DNA from: Polymyxa betae A26-41
Lineage: Eukaryota; Protista; Endomyxa: Phytomyxea
Assembly: GCA_003693705.1 (NCBI GenBank)
Contig: RBZT01000415.1
Span: 62,001-126,000, forward strand
Length of the DNA stretch: 64,000 nt
Direction: 5' to 3'
Shown: positions 1 through 13,681 of the stretch, piece after piece
Position numbering within the stretch: position 1 is the first letter of the stretch
Layout of the letters: every line of letters starts with the position of its first letter
The notes under the pieces: model-generated
Seen by the model: the letters and a program-made list of their open reading frames with translations, nothing else
Told to the model about the DNA's origin: nothing
Databases searched by the model: none
Made by a program: the position numbers and the translations under genes

Positions 1-1226
1 TGGAAGCGATGAGCACAAGTTAAATCTCTCACGAGATCATTTGCCCGGTACGCCTCTAAACAGATACTGCAACGAATGTTCTTCATGCATGAACTATCTC
101 CGAATCGTTTTAAAGGAATTGATGCAAGCACAGTCATGTTCTGCAACCGTTTTCGCTCGGAATCCTCTTCATGTGGCGAAGATGATCCAACTGAAGAATG
201 CGTCTGGCTCTCAGTCGATGACCTCTGTGGCCGATACACGAACAGAAGTATGACGGTTGGGGCCAACAAACAGAAGATGAAAATCGCCAGAAGCAACGTT
301 CGTGCGAACAGAGTCCAGTTCCAAGCGATCGGGACATGGACAGGCAACGATCGTGCTTCAATCGTAATGACACAATCTTCATCACATCGCATTAGAACTA
401 GATGGAAATCTTTGGCGATTCTCAGGCTGTAATGGTCGGCTGGGACGTCTGGTTTGGATGAAAGCACCCGGGCTAGTCCACCGGTTCGTAGATCGTTCTC
501 GCTGGTCGCCGATAGATAGATCGTTTGGCGACACGACCCATCGGCAACGATATCCACGCCCGGCGGCTGAGTTTGAATGGCGACCTGATTCAGTTGACCG
601 GCAGGTAAAAACACAGATACAGGACGATCATGGCGTATCATGGGGGCGATAACACCGCTCAGAACGAAAGAAACGGGATCTGAATCAGTATTGGTGTTAT
701 CAGCCATGACAGTCAATGTCAATGAGCATGGATGATTAGCGGAAGGCGATCGATGCAAACAGAGCGTCGATAACACAGCCGGTTTCAGCAGAATCGACGC
801 CTGCCCATTTCTGGGGCGTGATTCCATGAATTTTCCAGCGTTCGACACAATCAGGCGAAGATCGCGACCGTCATTGAAGTTTCGGTTATTGCGAGAGATC
901 TCGAACATGATCGCTTGCTCGTACGTATCGACACGAATGGCGTTCACGTATGATAAAGCCAAGTTGTTAAGCAAGCCATCAATTTGGAAACGGCCATAGG
1001 CGTTGAACGGAAGCGAACTATTCGAGGCTATTTTGGAAGGAAGCGCGTCATGAAACAGTGAGCCTTGACGATGAGGCTGTTGCGAAGAATCAACACGAGT
1101 TTGATAGTATTGAATGGATGTAAAGGCGATGGCCACCAAAGCGACGGCCAAAGACATGAGTTTGAATGGTATCGGTTGTCGGGACGATCCATACCCGATC
1201 GTATCAACCATCGTCGTCACCGCCAT
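1..1226 (-). CDS. Transmembrane RING-H2 E3 ubiquitin ligase (3' end outside window)
   Basis: Manual translation gives an uninterrupted frame from ATG 1226 to the window edge (~408 codons); the ORF track misses it because there is no stop. It has an N-terminal hydrophobic stretch (LMSLAVALVAIAFTSI), a second TM (LFARTLLLAIFIFCLLAPTVILLFVY), then RCSICLEAYRANDLVRDLTCAHRF(H), the first half of a RING-H2. Confidence 0.85.
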   Translation of the reverse strand, partial: MAVTTMVDTIGYGSSRQPIPFKLMSLAVALVAIAFTSIQYYQTRVDSSQQPHRQGSLFHDALPSKIASNSSLPFNAYGRFQIDGLLNNLALSYVNAIRVDTYEQAIMFEISRNNRNFNDGRDLRLIVSNAGKFMESRPRNGQASILLKPAVLSTLCLHRSPSANHPCSLTLTVMADNTNTDSDPVSFVLSGVIAPMIRHDRPVSVFLPAGQLNQVAIQTQPPGVDIVADGSCRQTIYLSATSENDLRTGGLARVLSSKPDVPADHYSLRIAKDFHLVLMRCDEDCVITIEARSLPVHVPIAWNWTLFARTLLLAIFIFCLLAPTVILLFVYRPQRSSTESQTHSSVGSSSPHEEDSERKRLQNMTVLASIPLKRFGDSSCMKNIRCSICLEAYRANDLVRDLTCAHRF

Positions 1227-1900
1227 TGCTGCGTCGAGAACGGCGGATGATTTTGGGGAATGCTGCCAGTTCCGTCTTGATTTGGGACGGAATCAACCGA
1301 TTGAATGTTGGCCATTCCGTGCTCCATTCCGATCATTGACTCACGCCTAAATAAACTCCTAATACCAATTCCAGCAACTTCATCAAAATTTCAGCAAAAG
1401 GAAGCGCTTTACACAAACGCACTTAAAGGCTGTACTGTGCATACATACATGATAGGTAATTGGATATTCATTTAGGCAGTTAAAATCAAAGGTTTGACAA
1501 ATCAAATCCATTGATGCGAAGACATCCGATCCTAGTATTTCTGATCTTTAAGATGTGATAATCACATGCAGACAAGGCCGTTTGTAAGTTTACTCGACAC
1601 GGTCACCCAATCCAGACAATATCTACAATTCATGATGCAGGTAAACCGATTCAATCTTACCCATAAAAGGTCTATGAAAATCGTTTTGAAAATGAAAAGC
1701 ATTCGGTGTTGAATGAGTGTTGATCCGTAAACATCTTGCGCACTGTGTAACAGAACAAATTGCGTACGTAAGTACCAGTCAGCGCAGTGAGTAAAATGAG
1801 CACGTATACTTAAAACAGAATGAACTCAGAAATGCGTGACGTGGCGCATTATTGGGGGACCAAAGCGGGCGCGTCATGAGTGAACGTAATGTGGGTGCCG

Positions 1901-1907
1901 TATAAAG
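1901..1907 (+). promoter_or_regulatory. Candidate TATA box upstream of the histidine kinase
   Basis: TATAAAG lies ~115 nt upstream of ATG 2016. A 15-codon uORF (1946-1993) sits between them. Confidence 0.3.
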
Positions 1908-2015
1908 GTGCAACCCCCTTAACCATACATACAGGACATTGTCTCATGTCTACTGCATCTGCCAGCGCGTCTCTTAGGGTCATTTGCCGATAATTGGATC
2001 ATTGATTCTACTCAT

Positions 2016-3481
2016 ATGATGAGACGAATCGATATTAGCGGATCGCCGACCAAATCTGGTCGCGTCTTTAGACGAAACTTCTATCAGCAGGTTATTGTCT
2101 TGGTACTATTCTATTAACATGCAATCAGTATATGGATAGACTTTAACATTGTCGACAGGCACTATCCACAGCATTGTCGGTGGCCACTTGGCTGATTATT
2201 CGTCATGCACACCTGGAGACGTTCAGATCGGCTTATGGATGGGCCAACAGCTACCGGCAAATTGTCCTGCTAGCTCAAACCAGTCCCAAAATACAGGAGC
2301 TTGTTTCTAGCAAACTGCATCGCGATCAGCGCCAAACGCTGTTAAACGAAGTGAAAAAGGATCACGACAGCTTTTGTTTGTATTTTCGCGAAACACATCG
2401 AATCGAAAGATCTCTATTCCCTCACGCGGTCACCGACCAAGTAACAAAACGAATTATCGACTGGATTAAAGCAGTCAACATGTTTTTGGACGCATACAAC
2501 GGATTAAGTTCTGCAGATCCAAAAGACCTGGCTAAAAACGTGAAGACGGTCAAAAGCCCTTGCGAAGAAGCTTTAGTATCAATCGTACAAGAATATTCTG
2601 AGGCAATGAAACTCGTTGCTGAGATGCGACATGATATGATCGGCATAACACTGTTAACTCTTTTAGCTCTGCTGACGATCATTCAAGTGCTGCTCATACG
2701 TTCTGAGTATATCAAGCAATTCGCATCTATCCGTCTTTCTCAAGATCTGGCCAATATTATCCATGATGTCAGAATACCACAGCAGGTTGCTGCCAGTGCT
2801 GTCTCGATGATTTTACTGCCAGATACCGATCCGTCAACTGTTAAAGAAATGATTCAAGCTGTTGCCCATTCCTTATCGGCCATGCAGCGTCTGCTAGACA
2901 CCGCATTGTTGCGTGTCAAGGCTGGAGTCAAACCAGTACCAGTACGGCTTACAGAAGCATTTCAGGATATTTGTACAATTCACGAGGCTGCCTGCAGAGA
3001 AAAGAGCTTGCTCTGGAGGTTCTATTTAGCGCCTTCGGCAAAAGGTGCACTCTTAGTCGATGCCAATGTTCTAATCCAGATGTTGGTATGAGTGTTTGGT
3101 CGAGAGTTTCGTATGGGCTTACTAGAATCTTAGAGTAATTTGCTTTCAAATGCGGTGCGGTACACGGATAAGGGTGCTGTCTCGTTAAGCGTTCATCTTG
3201 AGGAGCCTATAGTGCCGCGATGTTCTTTATTCTCAAGACTTGAAAAACATCACACATTGGTGATTGCAGTCACCGATACCGGCTGTGGCATCCCAAAAGA
3301 TTCCATGTCGTTGATATTTAAAAAGTTTCAGCAGATTCGTCCTGGAATGGGATTCGGTATTGGGCTGTTCACAGTTTCCAGGCTGGCGAGTAATCTTCGA
3401 GGACGAATAGATCTTTGGAGTGAGTTGGGCAAAGGCACACGGTTCACAATCAGTATCCCGGTGTTGCTAACTAATGCTTAA
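2016..3481 (+). CDS. Membrane sensor histidine kinase (TM-sensor-TM-HisKA-HATPase_c), no receiver domain; 3 exons
   Basis: Introns 2103-2158 and 3086-3133 restore one frame. Motifs: H-box ANIIHDVRIP, N-box LIQML|SNLLSNAVRYT, G1 VTDTGCGIP, F IFKKF, G2 GFGIGL, final strand GKGTRFTISIP. Two TM helices: QVIVLALSTALSVATWLII and IGITLLTLLALLTIIQVLLI. Confidence 0.9.
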
Positions 3482-3663
3482 TGCTTTATTCATGATAACT
3501 ATATTAACGTATTACCGTATGGTAGCGAAATTTGTACAGATTATTTAATATACATTCTATCTAAATGAGTACTAAAAATTAGAAATAAAAAGACTGACTA
3601 CGAATTCGATTAGGGATTGCCAGTAAGGCATGGAGGGATCGGGATTGTCTCGTTAGCGATGAT

Positions 3664-5586
3664 TTATTCTTTAATTGTCTTATCAAGAAGCTCTACAAAT
3701 ACCGACTTAACAGTAGCCATGTTTGCCTGGTCACCGACGCGTTTCCGCACCTCGCTAATGAGGAAATTCAGTTTCCTTTTGTTTCCTTTGATCACATAAT
3801 CCGACACCTGCCCATAGTGCATCGTCAACCAACTGAATATAGTTTCTAGCACCATTCTACCTCCTTTGGAAAGTGTTCTATCACTTGTTGACAAACAGGT
3901 TTTAGAACAGAAGAATCCGAGATCTGACTCCAACCTTTCTCTGAAACAATTTGCCCCACTGATAGAGATCTCTCTTCCAGGAGAATGTCCAGAACCGATT
4001 TTCCAGCAGACCCTGCTTGAAAAGTAAACAATGACAGCGCCACATGGAGAAAACAATGACCAGAGAGCGAGTCTGAAGTAACCATATCGATCAGGTCCCG
4101 AAAATCCTTAGCTTTGACTGGATTAGAATGGAACGGAATGTTAAGAGCAGTGAGGCGGCCGAAAAGTTCGTTTAGCAACCAGTTCGCTGCTGCTACTGCA
4201 GTTTCTGAAACATGTCTAATGAAGACGCGATTGCTCTATTAGATCCAGGTTTACCAGTACAAGCATGGCGAATCGCGACTATTTCCTCAAAGTAACGCAG
4301 AATTCTCCGATCTGATGAAATAATTCTTGCTGCCTAAGTGCTTGATTCAGAAACGAATTCATCGCGATCAAGCTGGTTACGCTGTGGTTCAGGTTATACT
4401 GCGATTGCAACCTCACCGCCACATTTTTAGGAAGCTCAGGCATTGAGCGTTGGATTTCGCTGATGAAGTCCTCACCGAGACTCAGCAAAGGCAGATCTGA
4501 ACGGACCTAAATCCAGGGCATAATGAACTCAATACAAATATAACCTGGATCGTTAAACATTCTGTAATCTTTCACGAGCTCCTTTGAGCGAAGAACCTGA
4601 GTGACCCCAAGAGATGCATCGAAAGATCTCGTTTCTTGGGAAACGCTTTCACCTTCAATAAAGCGAGACTGTTACACCCAAGGCGAAGAAAAAGAACATT
4701 AAGCGCTACATACCCTTTCTTATCAATTCCGATTGTCGCTCAATCTCGAAATCGATAGCTCGCTGAATCGATTTCAAACTGTTCAGATTTTTCACCTCAA
4801 CGCGATGACCAGGTACATCAGAGTCTTCCAAACTTCTCATGGAGACATTCACATCAACTCGTAAATTCCCGTTCGCCATCACTCCATCACATATTTCTTA
4901 CAATCAATAAGATTGTGCCGTTTTGACAGTATTGCAGCTACCTAGATATGATAGCGTTTGTTGTATTTCTTTGATAGCCTGAACAGCTCGATGGCTATCG
5001 TTTAAATCAGGAGACGTTACTATTTCTATTAATGGTACGCCAGCACGGTTAAGATCAAGGAAATTGAAGTTTGGGTCGAGGTCGGCGACTGTTTTCCCTG
5101 AATCCTTTGTTTTTTCTTAGAAAAAGAAACTATGACGACGTGAACGCACCTGTTCAAGTTGAATGCGTTCAATACGAACCGATGTACCATCATCTATTGA
5201 GATAAGGCCATTACTTGCGATAGGCTTTTCTTGCTGAGTAATTTGATATCCAGCGGGCATATCGCCATAAAAGTAGTGTTTTCGCACGAACCTGGATTGC
5301 CGATTAATGGTTCCTTGAAATGCTAAATAACGATTAGCAAACCGAAGAATTTGTTGAAGTACCCACCAAGTCCTGCCCGGATCGCTAGGCGAACAGGCTC
5401 AGCATGAAGCCTGGGTAACGTGCCAGGAGAAGCTGCATCGTAAAATGTGACGGACGTATTGGGCAATGCATTGGGTTTTGGCACGAACGAGGGTGAGAAT
5501 AGTTTACGCTTAGATAATAACTGTGCATGAATCTCCAACCCAATAACAGGCTGAAGGCGAATCCTGGACATGGCTGACGATTTCAT
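3664..5586 (-). CDS. GATB: Glutamyl-tRNA(Gln) amidotransferase subunit B, mitochondrial; multi-exon
   Basis: Motifs [76 protein letters not shown], plus a C-terminal Yqey-like region. Confidence 0.95.
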
Positions 5587-6206
5587 AGTTAGGAGGTCAC
5601 GCCATGATAGTCAGTTAGTCCCGCACATCATTGCGTCAAACAAAACTGAGCTGTTTCGTTTCAGCTATACAAACCATTCATGAAAGCCACAGTACACAAT
5701 TCTCATCGAGTTCGTGGGGACATAGACCAAAAGTTATGGCAGAGATGAGACTCTGTGATATACTGTATCTGGTCAATACTCACCTGCAACATCAATGCGG
5801 CGTTTAGCGATGAGGGCTATTCAATCGCCCATGCTCCAAGGGATATCCCTTTCAACCCAGTCGCGAAACACATTTCGATGAACCATCCGGACGATGGATT
5901 GTGGAGCGAAAAAGGAAGATGAAAGAATCGTATAGAGTCTATGAACTTCAATGTCTGAATTCGCATCACCATTTCATGCCAGTTGGAAGGGATTTCCATC
6001 GAGGATAAATAGCATCATACTCAAGGTCACGACCTCAGCAGAAAAGGGAAACTCTCTTTTCTTGAGCAGAAATGACCCGTCCGCAGGCTTTTTGAGCTAA
6101 CATCTAGTTAGATATAATCCAGTTTTATTCTCGTGAGCGTTGCCGCTGTGGATAAGCTTGATCGTTTCCGAAGTTTAGTCCAGAGATCGCTGAAACAACA
6201 ATACCT

Positions 6207-8189
6207 CTACGATAAAGTTTGTGGTTGTGATGAGTGTAAAGTTTGGCGATACGGCAGTACTTTGTATGGATTTAGAATTCCATTCGGATCAAAGGTCTGC
6301 TTTAAATGGTGCATCAGTTCAACCTGTTTCGGCGACTTCGAATAGCCAATGTGCTGAGCTTTCATCAATCCCAAACCTTTAAGATGTCAGAGCAGCAGAC
6401 AATGAATCAAAGCCTTCAAACAAACCATGCTCGGCGCTGATCGACCCTTCCATTTCCTGGATGGTTTCATACACGAATGGCTCAAGAAGATTCTCAACTT
6501 GTTCGGAATACGTCGGGGATACGACATTGAGGTGAAGATTGGAGTCGCCTACGTGGCCATAACCGCAGATCTGGTCCCGATCTAGTACTCCTGATAACCG
6601 ATCTCTAACACGCTCAACCACCTTATACATTTTCTTTACAGGAACCGAGACGTCGTATTTGAAAACACGTCCTGATTTACTCACCGACTCTGATACAGAT
6701 TCACGGAGACTCCATAAAGCCTTGATTTGATTAGAGTCCTTCAGACAATTCAGTAAAGCGTTTCTTGTTAACAATATGACTTCCCAACCTGGGCCATGGT
6801 ACCATCCGCAATTAACCCTTTCTGCAACGCATCTTCGACAAAATTCATCATGCGCTGATAATCGTGATCTTCCGAGAATCCCATCGCCTCTATGACCTGA
6901 GCATATAAATTAAAGAGGACTGAAAAAGAGAAAAAATGAACCATATAAAATCGATGTCTGGACGCAATAGGGTCATCTATTTGGGAATGTGACAGAACGA
7001 AATCGAGAGATTCTCGATCCTGTTCTCAATTAGAAAGCAAGATCAGAGATGTCCGATGATTAACTTGAAATTCGACAGCCGACAGAATTTCGCCAAGATG
7101 CTGTTTTGCACAATACATAGACCGAACAACCTATATCGAAAGCTCACTATTTCGTTAGTGCTGTTTTCAAAGAAAACCGACGTTTTCGAAAGAGTCCATA
7201 GCGACATATGAGAGGTTGACAGTTGTAGGTTTCTTATGCACAAGCAGTGCAACTTTGGTTATGATTCCAAGCGATCCTTCGCTACCAATTAAAAGTTGCT
7301 TCAAATCGTATCCTAAAAAAGCAGGGTGTGAAAAGAGTGCTCAAGCAAGAAAGGAAGCAGCCAGGAATCAAAAGATAAAAAGAGCATAATGATATTTCCA
7401 AAAATTGTTGAAAGAATGTTGATTAAAACTTGTCAACTTCCAGTGAATATTTAAACTTTAGCAGTGAGCCATCCAAAGCCGACAGCAATTACAGTAAATG
7501 ATACCTGTGTTGTCCTTTCTTAACCTTGTAATGCCATCGATAACGGTTCCGTCAGATTGAACCCATTCTAACCCGATTACATTGGCATGCATCGATCCAT
7601 ATCGAATTAAACGGATGCTGAACACATCCGAAGCACGACATCAACCAATCCTCAATAAAGTTCTATACGTAACCAACCCTCCAGCATTTGTCGCAACATT
7701 TCCGCCTATTTGACAGGAGCCTTTCGCCCCCAAATCCAAAGGCATCGTCAATCCGAATTGATGCAATTCTTCATTCAGTGTCTGCAGAATGCAACCCGAT
7801 TCACAAATCAGAATACTCTGATCCCTATCAATATCGATAATGCGATTTAGCTTTCTCATTTGCATCACGACTTCGTCATGGACAGGCGTTGCCCCTCCCA
7901 CGAGACTGGTATTGCCACCTTGGGGAACGATCGCTAACCGATGCTCGTTGCAATGGGCGACGACGTCTGAGACTTCCTTTGTCGTAGATGGACAGACGAC
8001 AACCGGGCTGGATCCATGATATTTTAACATCCAGTCGGTATTCGCAGCCAACAGTTCGGACGAATCCGTGGTTGTCGATCGGCATAGGCTTTGCAATTGA
8101 ACAATGTGAGCTGGCGTGACAGCTGCCAGATCGGGGCGCTTCGGGATATGAGCCCAGGTCGCTAGGGAGCGCCTTATAATAGACAACAT
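6207..8189 (-). CDS. D2HGDH: D-2-hydroxyglutarate dehydrogenase-like FAD-linked oxidase, mitochondrial; multi-exon
   Basis: Motifs [76 protein letters not shown]|[16 protein letters not shown]. The N-terminus resembles a mitochondrial presequence (MLSIIRRSL). Confidence 0.93.
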
Positions 8190-8594
8190 CGCTATGTAAA
8201 AGAGATGACTCTATGGGACATACGGAACTAAGCGGCGGAAGTGCACCATAATCCATCGCTGGATGGCAATTCAAAGCCTAAACGTCTCACGGACACACTC
8301 GCATAGCACAGCTTCCTTCTGAGGAGCTTAAAACAACAGTTGATACATACTCCGAATCTCTTGCTTGCTAATAACGAAGTTTTTCGAAGGATGATCGAAC
8401 CAAAAGCATCAATCCAAGCATAACTCCCATTCAAAGCAAGAATAGAGGATTTAGCAACTGGTCATAATCGTTGTAAATGTGAATCGCCAACCATTAAACA
8501 AACACGGATTGGAGCTGATGAGCATTGCTGAATCTTCCTAACGAGTCGAACAATCGAATAACAATGGATAAGCTCAATTATACAAATATTTGGA

Positions 8595-10563
<1,969 letters not shown>

Positions 10564-11091
10564 CTCGCCTCCTGCGCCTGGCTGTCGATGCATAATTGGG
10601 CTAACAGTATTGTTGATGCCGGGGATTCTTATCAAACAATAGACCGTAGCGGACTTGGTGTCGCACTCTGTACACAGGCAGAAAGGCAACGCTTTATCTC
10701 TGTATTCACTGACCTGTCTAAAATATGCATGCAATTCGTTTAATTCAGCAGCAAACAAGATATTCACTGGCCATCAAGGCGCCATTAGTTTCGGAATAAC
10801 CAAAACTATCAGAAAGTGTTGCTCTCTGCTGGAAGCAGACACACTCTGTTATAAAATTGAACCAACATTGTTTATTGCAGAAGGAAAGCGGAACCAAACA
10901 CTGACTGTTGGCTGCTTCTTGAGTTAAACAACCAATGAGCGCCGGTTGGATCTCAAAACAAACAGAGAGCACGTTGTAAAGAGATACGTTCAGAAATCCG
11001 TTCCAGCGCATCTCGTTGTGATGATGGCAGTCAAATTGATTGCAGCGTTACCATTCAGAGTGCTTTCGTGCGCTCACTACGAGGCAGCAAA

Positions 11092-13080
11092 TCACGACAG
11101 TGGCAGCTTAAGTTTCTTGAGACCGGTTTCTAGTTCCTGAAGTTGCGACTGCATTAGTCTCAGAGAGTCGCCCAGCTCGACAATCTGACACGCCAGCCTA
11201 TCAGCCGCATCGTGTTTGTCTCGCTTTGGCGACTTCACAGAAAATGTCTTCAATGACGATGGCGAAGGTTTCGTCACAGCTGCAATCGCGGCAGGAATCG
11301 TCAATGTCAAATCCGAAACCGTCATGGACGCTTCCAATTTAACGATGTTCTTATCAGCAATGGCCATCGAATTCTTCAATTCTTGTTCCCTTTCTTTCGA
11401 AAATTTGACGAGCCGCTCTTTCAGCCCAAAGTACTCGACCATCTTGAGAAACATGGCGCCATTTATGGTCCAGAGCCTACAATTAGTCGCACAACGTACA
11501 GAAGCGGGCCACGACCCCATTGTGAATAGCCCAACATCACCCAATGTTTGACCGAACCCATAAACAGCATATGTCACAATAGTCGGGTATTTGTTATGAA
11601 CAGCCCGGATCTCACCCGACTCAATAATGTACCAATTCCGGACAGGGTCACCCTGATGGGCCAGCATCTCGCCCTGGGCCAGCTTTAATGGTAACAACTG
11701 CCGGAACAGACTTAGGATAAAAGTCGGCTGATCTTCGTATTGCGACGCGAATGTACTGCGCTCGAGCAGATCGCGGTGCATCTCGGCCGTGACTCGCAGT
11801 GCTAAATCGCCTGGCAGCTCCGACATGAGTTCGGCCATTAACAGCTCATCATTGGTTACATGTGCAGACCAGATACGTCGCATGCGTTTCATTAACGTGG
11901 ACCGAAGTCGAGTCGACAGATGATGTTTCGATGCGAACTGCCTCAGCGCAGTCATCTTCTCACGTAACCGTTGAGCTTGATGATCACGTTCGCGAATCAT
12001 AGAGGCCACAGTTGCCGTCGTATACGCGAACAGAGTGGAGCCCATGATCATCGACAGCATGGCAAATATTAGCTCGATGGGAGACTGAGCGTTGATGTCG
12101 CCATACCCAACCGTAGTTAAGGTTGTTAATGCCCAGTAGAGAGAGACAACGTAGCGGTACCAGATAGGCTGCGAGTCGATGGTGCCGCCGTTAACGCGAA
12201 GAAGCCAAGATGAGCCTGGACCGAGGTGAAAGTCACGACCAATGACACCCACTAGGTACCAGCCACAGGCAAGAAAATGGGCGAAAGCCAAGACAATTGT
12301 GGCGAGCTGCGCAATACGAATGAACTTCTGATGGACGTATGGGCTGAACTCGAAGGATATAAGAAGACCCCGTAACCGATACAGTTTCAGCATCTTCAAG
12401 ATTCGGAATAGCTTTAGAAGCTTGACAAATCGGAGCAGGCGTAGAGAGAATATGAGTGGGTTGTTGAAAATTATGTAGAAGGGGAATACCGAGATAACAT
12501 CAACAAGGAAATAAGTGGATAGATAATGTTTAGCTATACGAGCCGGGTCCTTCTCCAATCGGCCTCTCTCATTACCATATGCTGTTATAAATGACAACCC
12601 GATATCCAGAGTGAACAGCACGTCAACGATCAAATCCGGAATAAAAATGTGATCGGTCGGGGCGAATGCAATCCGCAAGGGCTGTACGATGGCTGTGTAT
12701 AGGAGCATGACCAGAAGAAGGCAAGCCCAGGACTGATATGCCCTCATTTCAGGATTGATAACCCACCATAATTGCACAGGCCTTGGAACCCGATTTGAAC
12801 TTGAGAAATCATATTGGTTCTCAGTTAGGTTTAGAGTTGCCTCCGATTTCAGTTGTGAAAGTTGCTCGAAGAGCGGCGACAGTGTTAATTCACCCTCGTC
12901 GCTGCGATCAACGCTGATGGCGGCAGCAGCGGAGGGGTTGATGCCGCCTTCTGGGTGTCTGCCTTGGAACTGGTCGTCATCACTGGTGTTGAAGGCGCCG
13001 GTATGAGGGGCGTTGGCGACCAGATGATTTAGGCCGATTTGGACGTCGACGGATTCGTGCTGGCCCGCTGCCTCCGACAT
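11092..13080 (-). CDS. Voltage-gated K+ channel with cyclic-nucleotide-binding(-homology) domain (EAG/HCN/plant Shaker-like superfamily); intronless, 662 aa
   Basis: Six TM segments, a basic S4 (LRLLRFVKLLKLFRILKMLKLYR), pore SLYWALTTLTTVGYGDI, C-linker, CNBD and a C-terminal coiled coil. Confidence 0.93.
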   Translation of the reverse strand: MSEAAGQHESVDVQIGLNHLVANAPHTGAFNTSDDDQFQGRHPEGGINPSAAAAISVDRSDEGELTLSPLFEQLSQLKSEATLNLTENQYDFSSSNRVPRPVQLWWVINPEMRAYQSWACLLLVMLLYTAIVQPLRIAFAPTDHIFIPDLIVDVLFTLDIGLSFITAYGNERGRLEKDPARIAKHYLSTYFLVDVISVFPFYIIFNNPLIFSLRLLRFVKLLKLFRILKMLKLYRLRGLLISFEFSPYVHQKFIRIAQLATIVLAFAHFLACGWYLVGVIGRDFHLGPGSSWLLRVNGGTIDSQPIWYRYVVSLYWALTTLTTVGYGDINAQSPIELIFAMLSMIMGSTLFAYTTATVASMIRERDHQAQRLREKMTALRQFASKHHLSTRLRSTLMKRMRRIWSAHVTNDELLMAELMSELPGDLALRVTAEMHRDLLERSTFASQYEDQPTFILSLFRQLLPLKLAQGEMLAHQGDPVRNWYIIESGEIRAVHNKYPTIVTYAVYGFGQTLGDVGLFTMGSWPASVRCATNCRLWTINGAMFLKMVEYFGLKERLVKFSKEREQELKNSMAIADKNIVKLEASMTVSDLTLTIPAAIAAVTKPSPSSLKTFSVKSPKRDKHDAADRLACQIVELGDSLRLMQSQLQELETGLKKLKLPLS

Positions 13081-13681
13081 GAATACAGGAAGGAGCCAGT
13101 GTGTTACGAGACGGTCGAGACCGTCATGCTCTCTGTGAAGGTCCCTTTAGTTTTCGATTTTGAATCTGGCCATCGCTTCATGTCGCTGGATCTTCTCGAT
13201 AGCATCTGTCTACATCTGGAATTCAAATCCAGATGGTACGATTTGTTGGAATGTGACAGCAAATGAACAGATCCCGTCTGCACCGATCACGGTGAAGCGT
13301 CGTTTCCCAATTTGATGAGACGGCATGTCGACACCAAACTCCTCCGCTTGCCTCACTGACGATCAGTAAATGTCAACTGCAAAGTAGGCGCCATGTCATG
13401 CATGGTGAACAAGAAGCTTACAAACCACTTATTTTTGAACAATTACGTATTCTGTGCCGTTACCAACACACATTATTTTTTGTTGCAGCAAAACAAGTGC
13501 GCGCCCGTTTCACAGTTGCGAGAAGACATTGACTTTTTTGCTGGCAGGTAAACATAATTTGGTGTCACGCACTATTTGGCTATTTGCTGCGCAGTTACGA
13601 AAAGTGAACGATATTCGGATACTGTATATCGACATTGCGTACATTATCCAGTGTTTGGCTCGTTGGGTTGATGACTGTTCA

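Noticed and set aside
5600-6200. Possible small gene between GATB and D2HGDH
   Set aside because: No coherent spliced frame or recognisable motif in any of the six frames.
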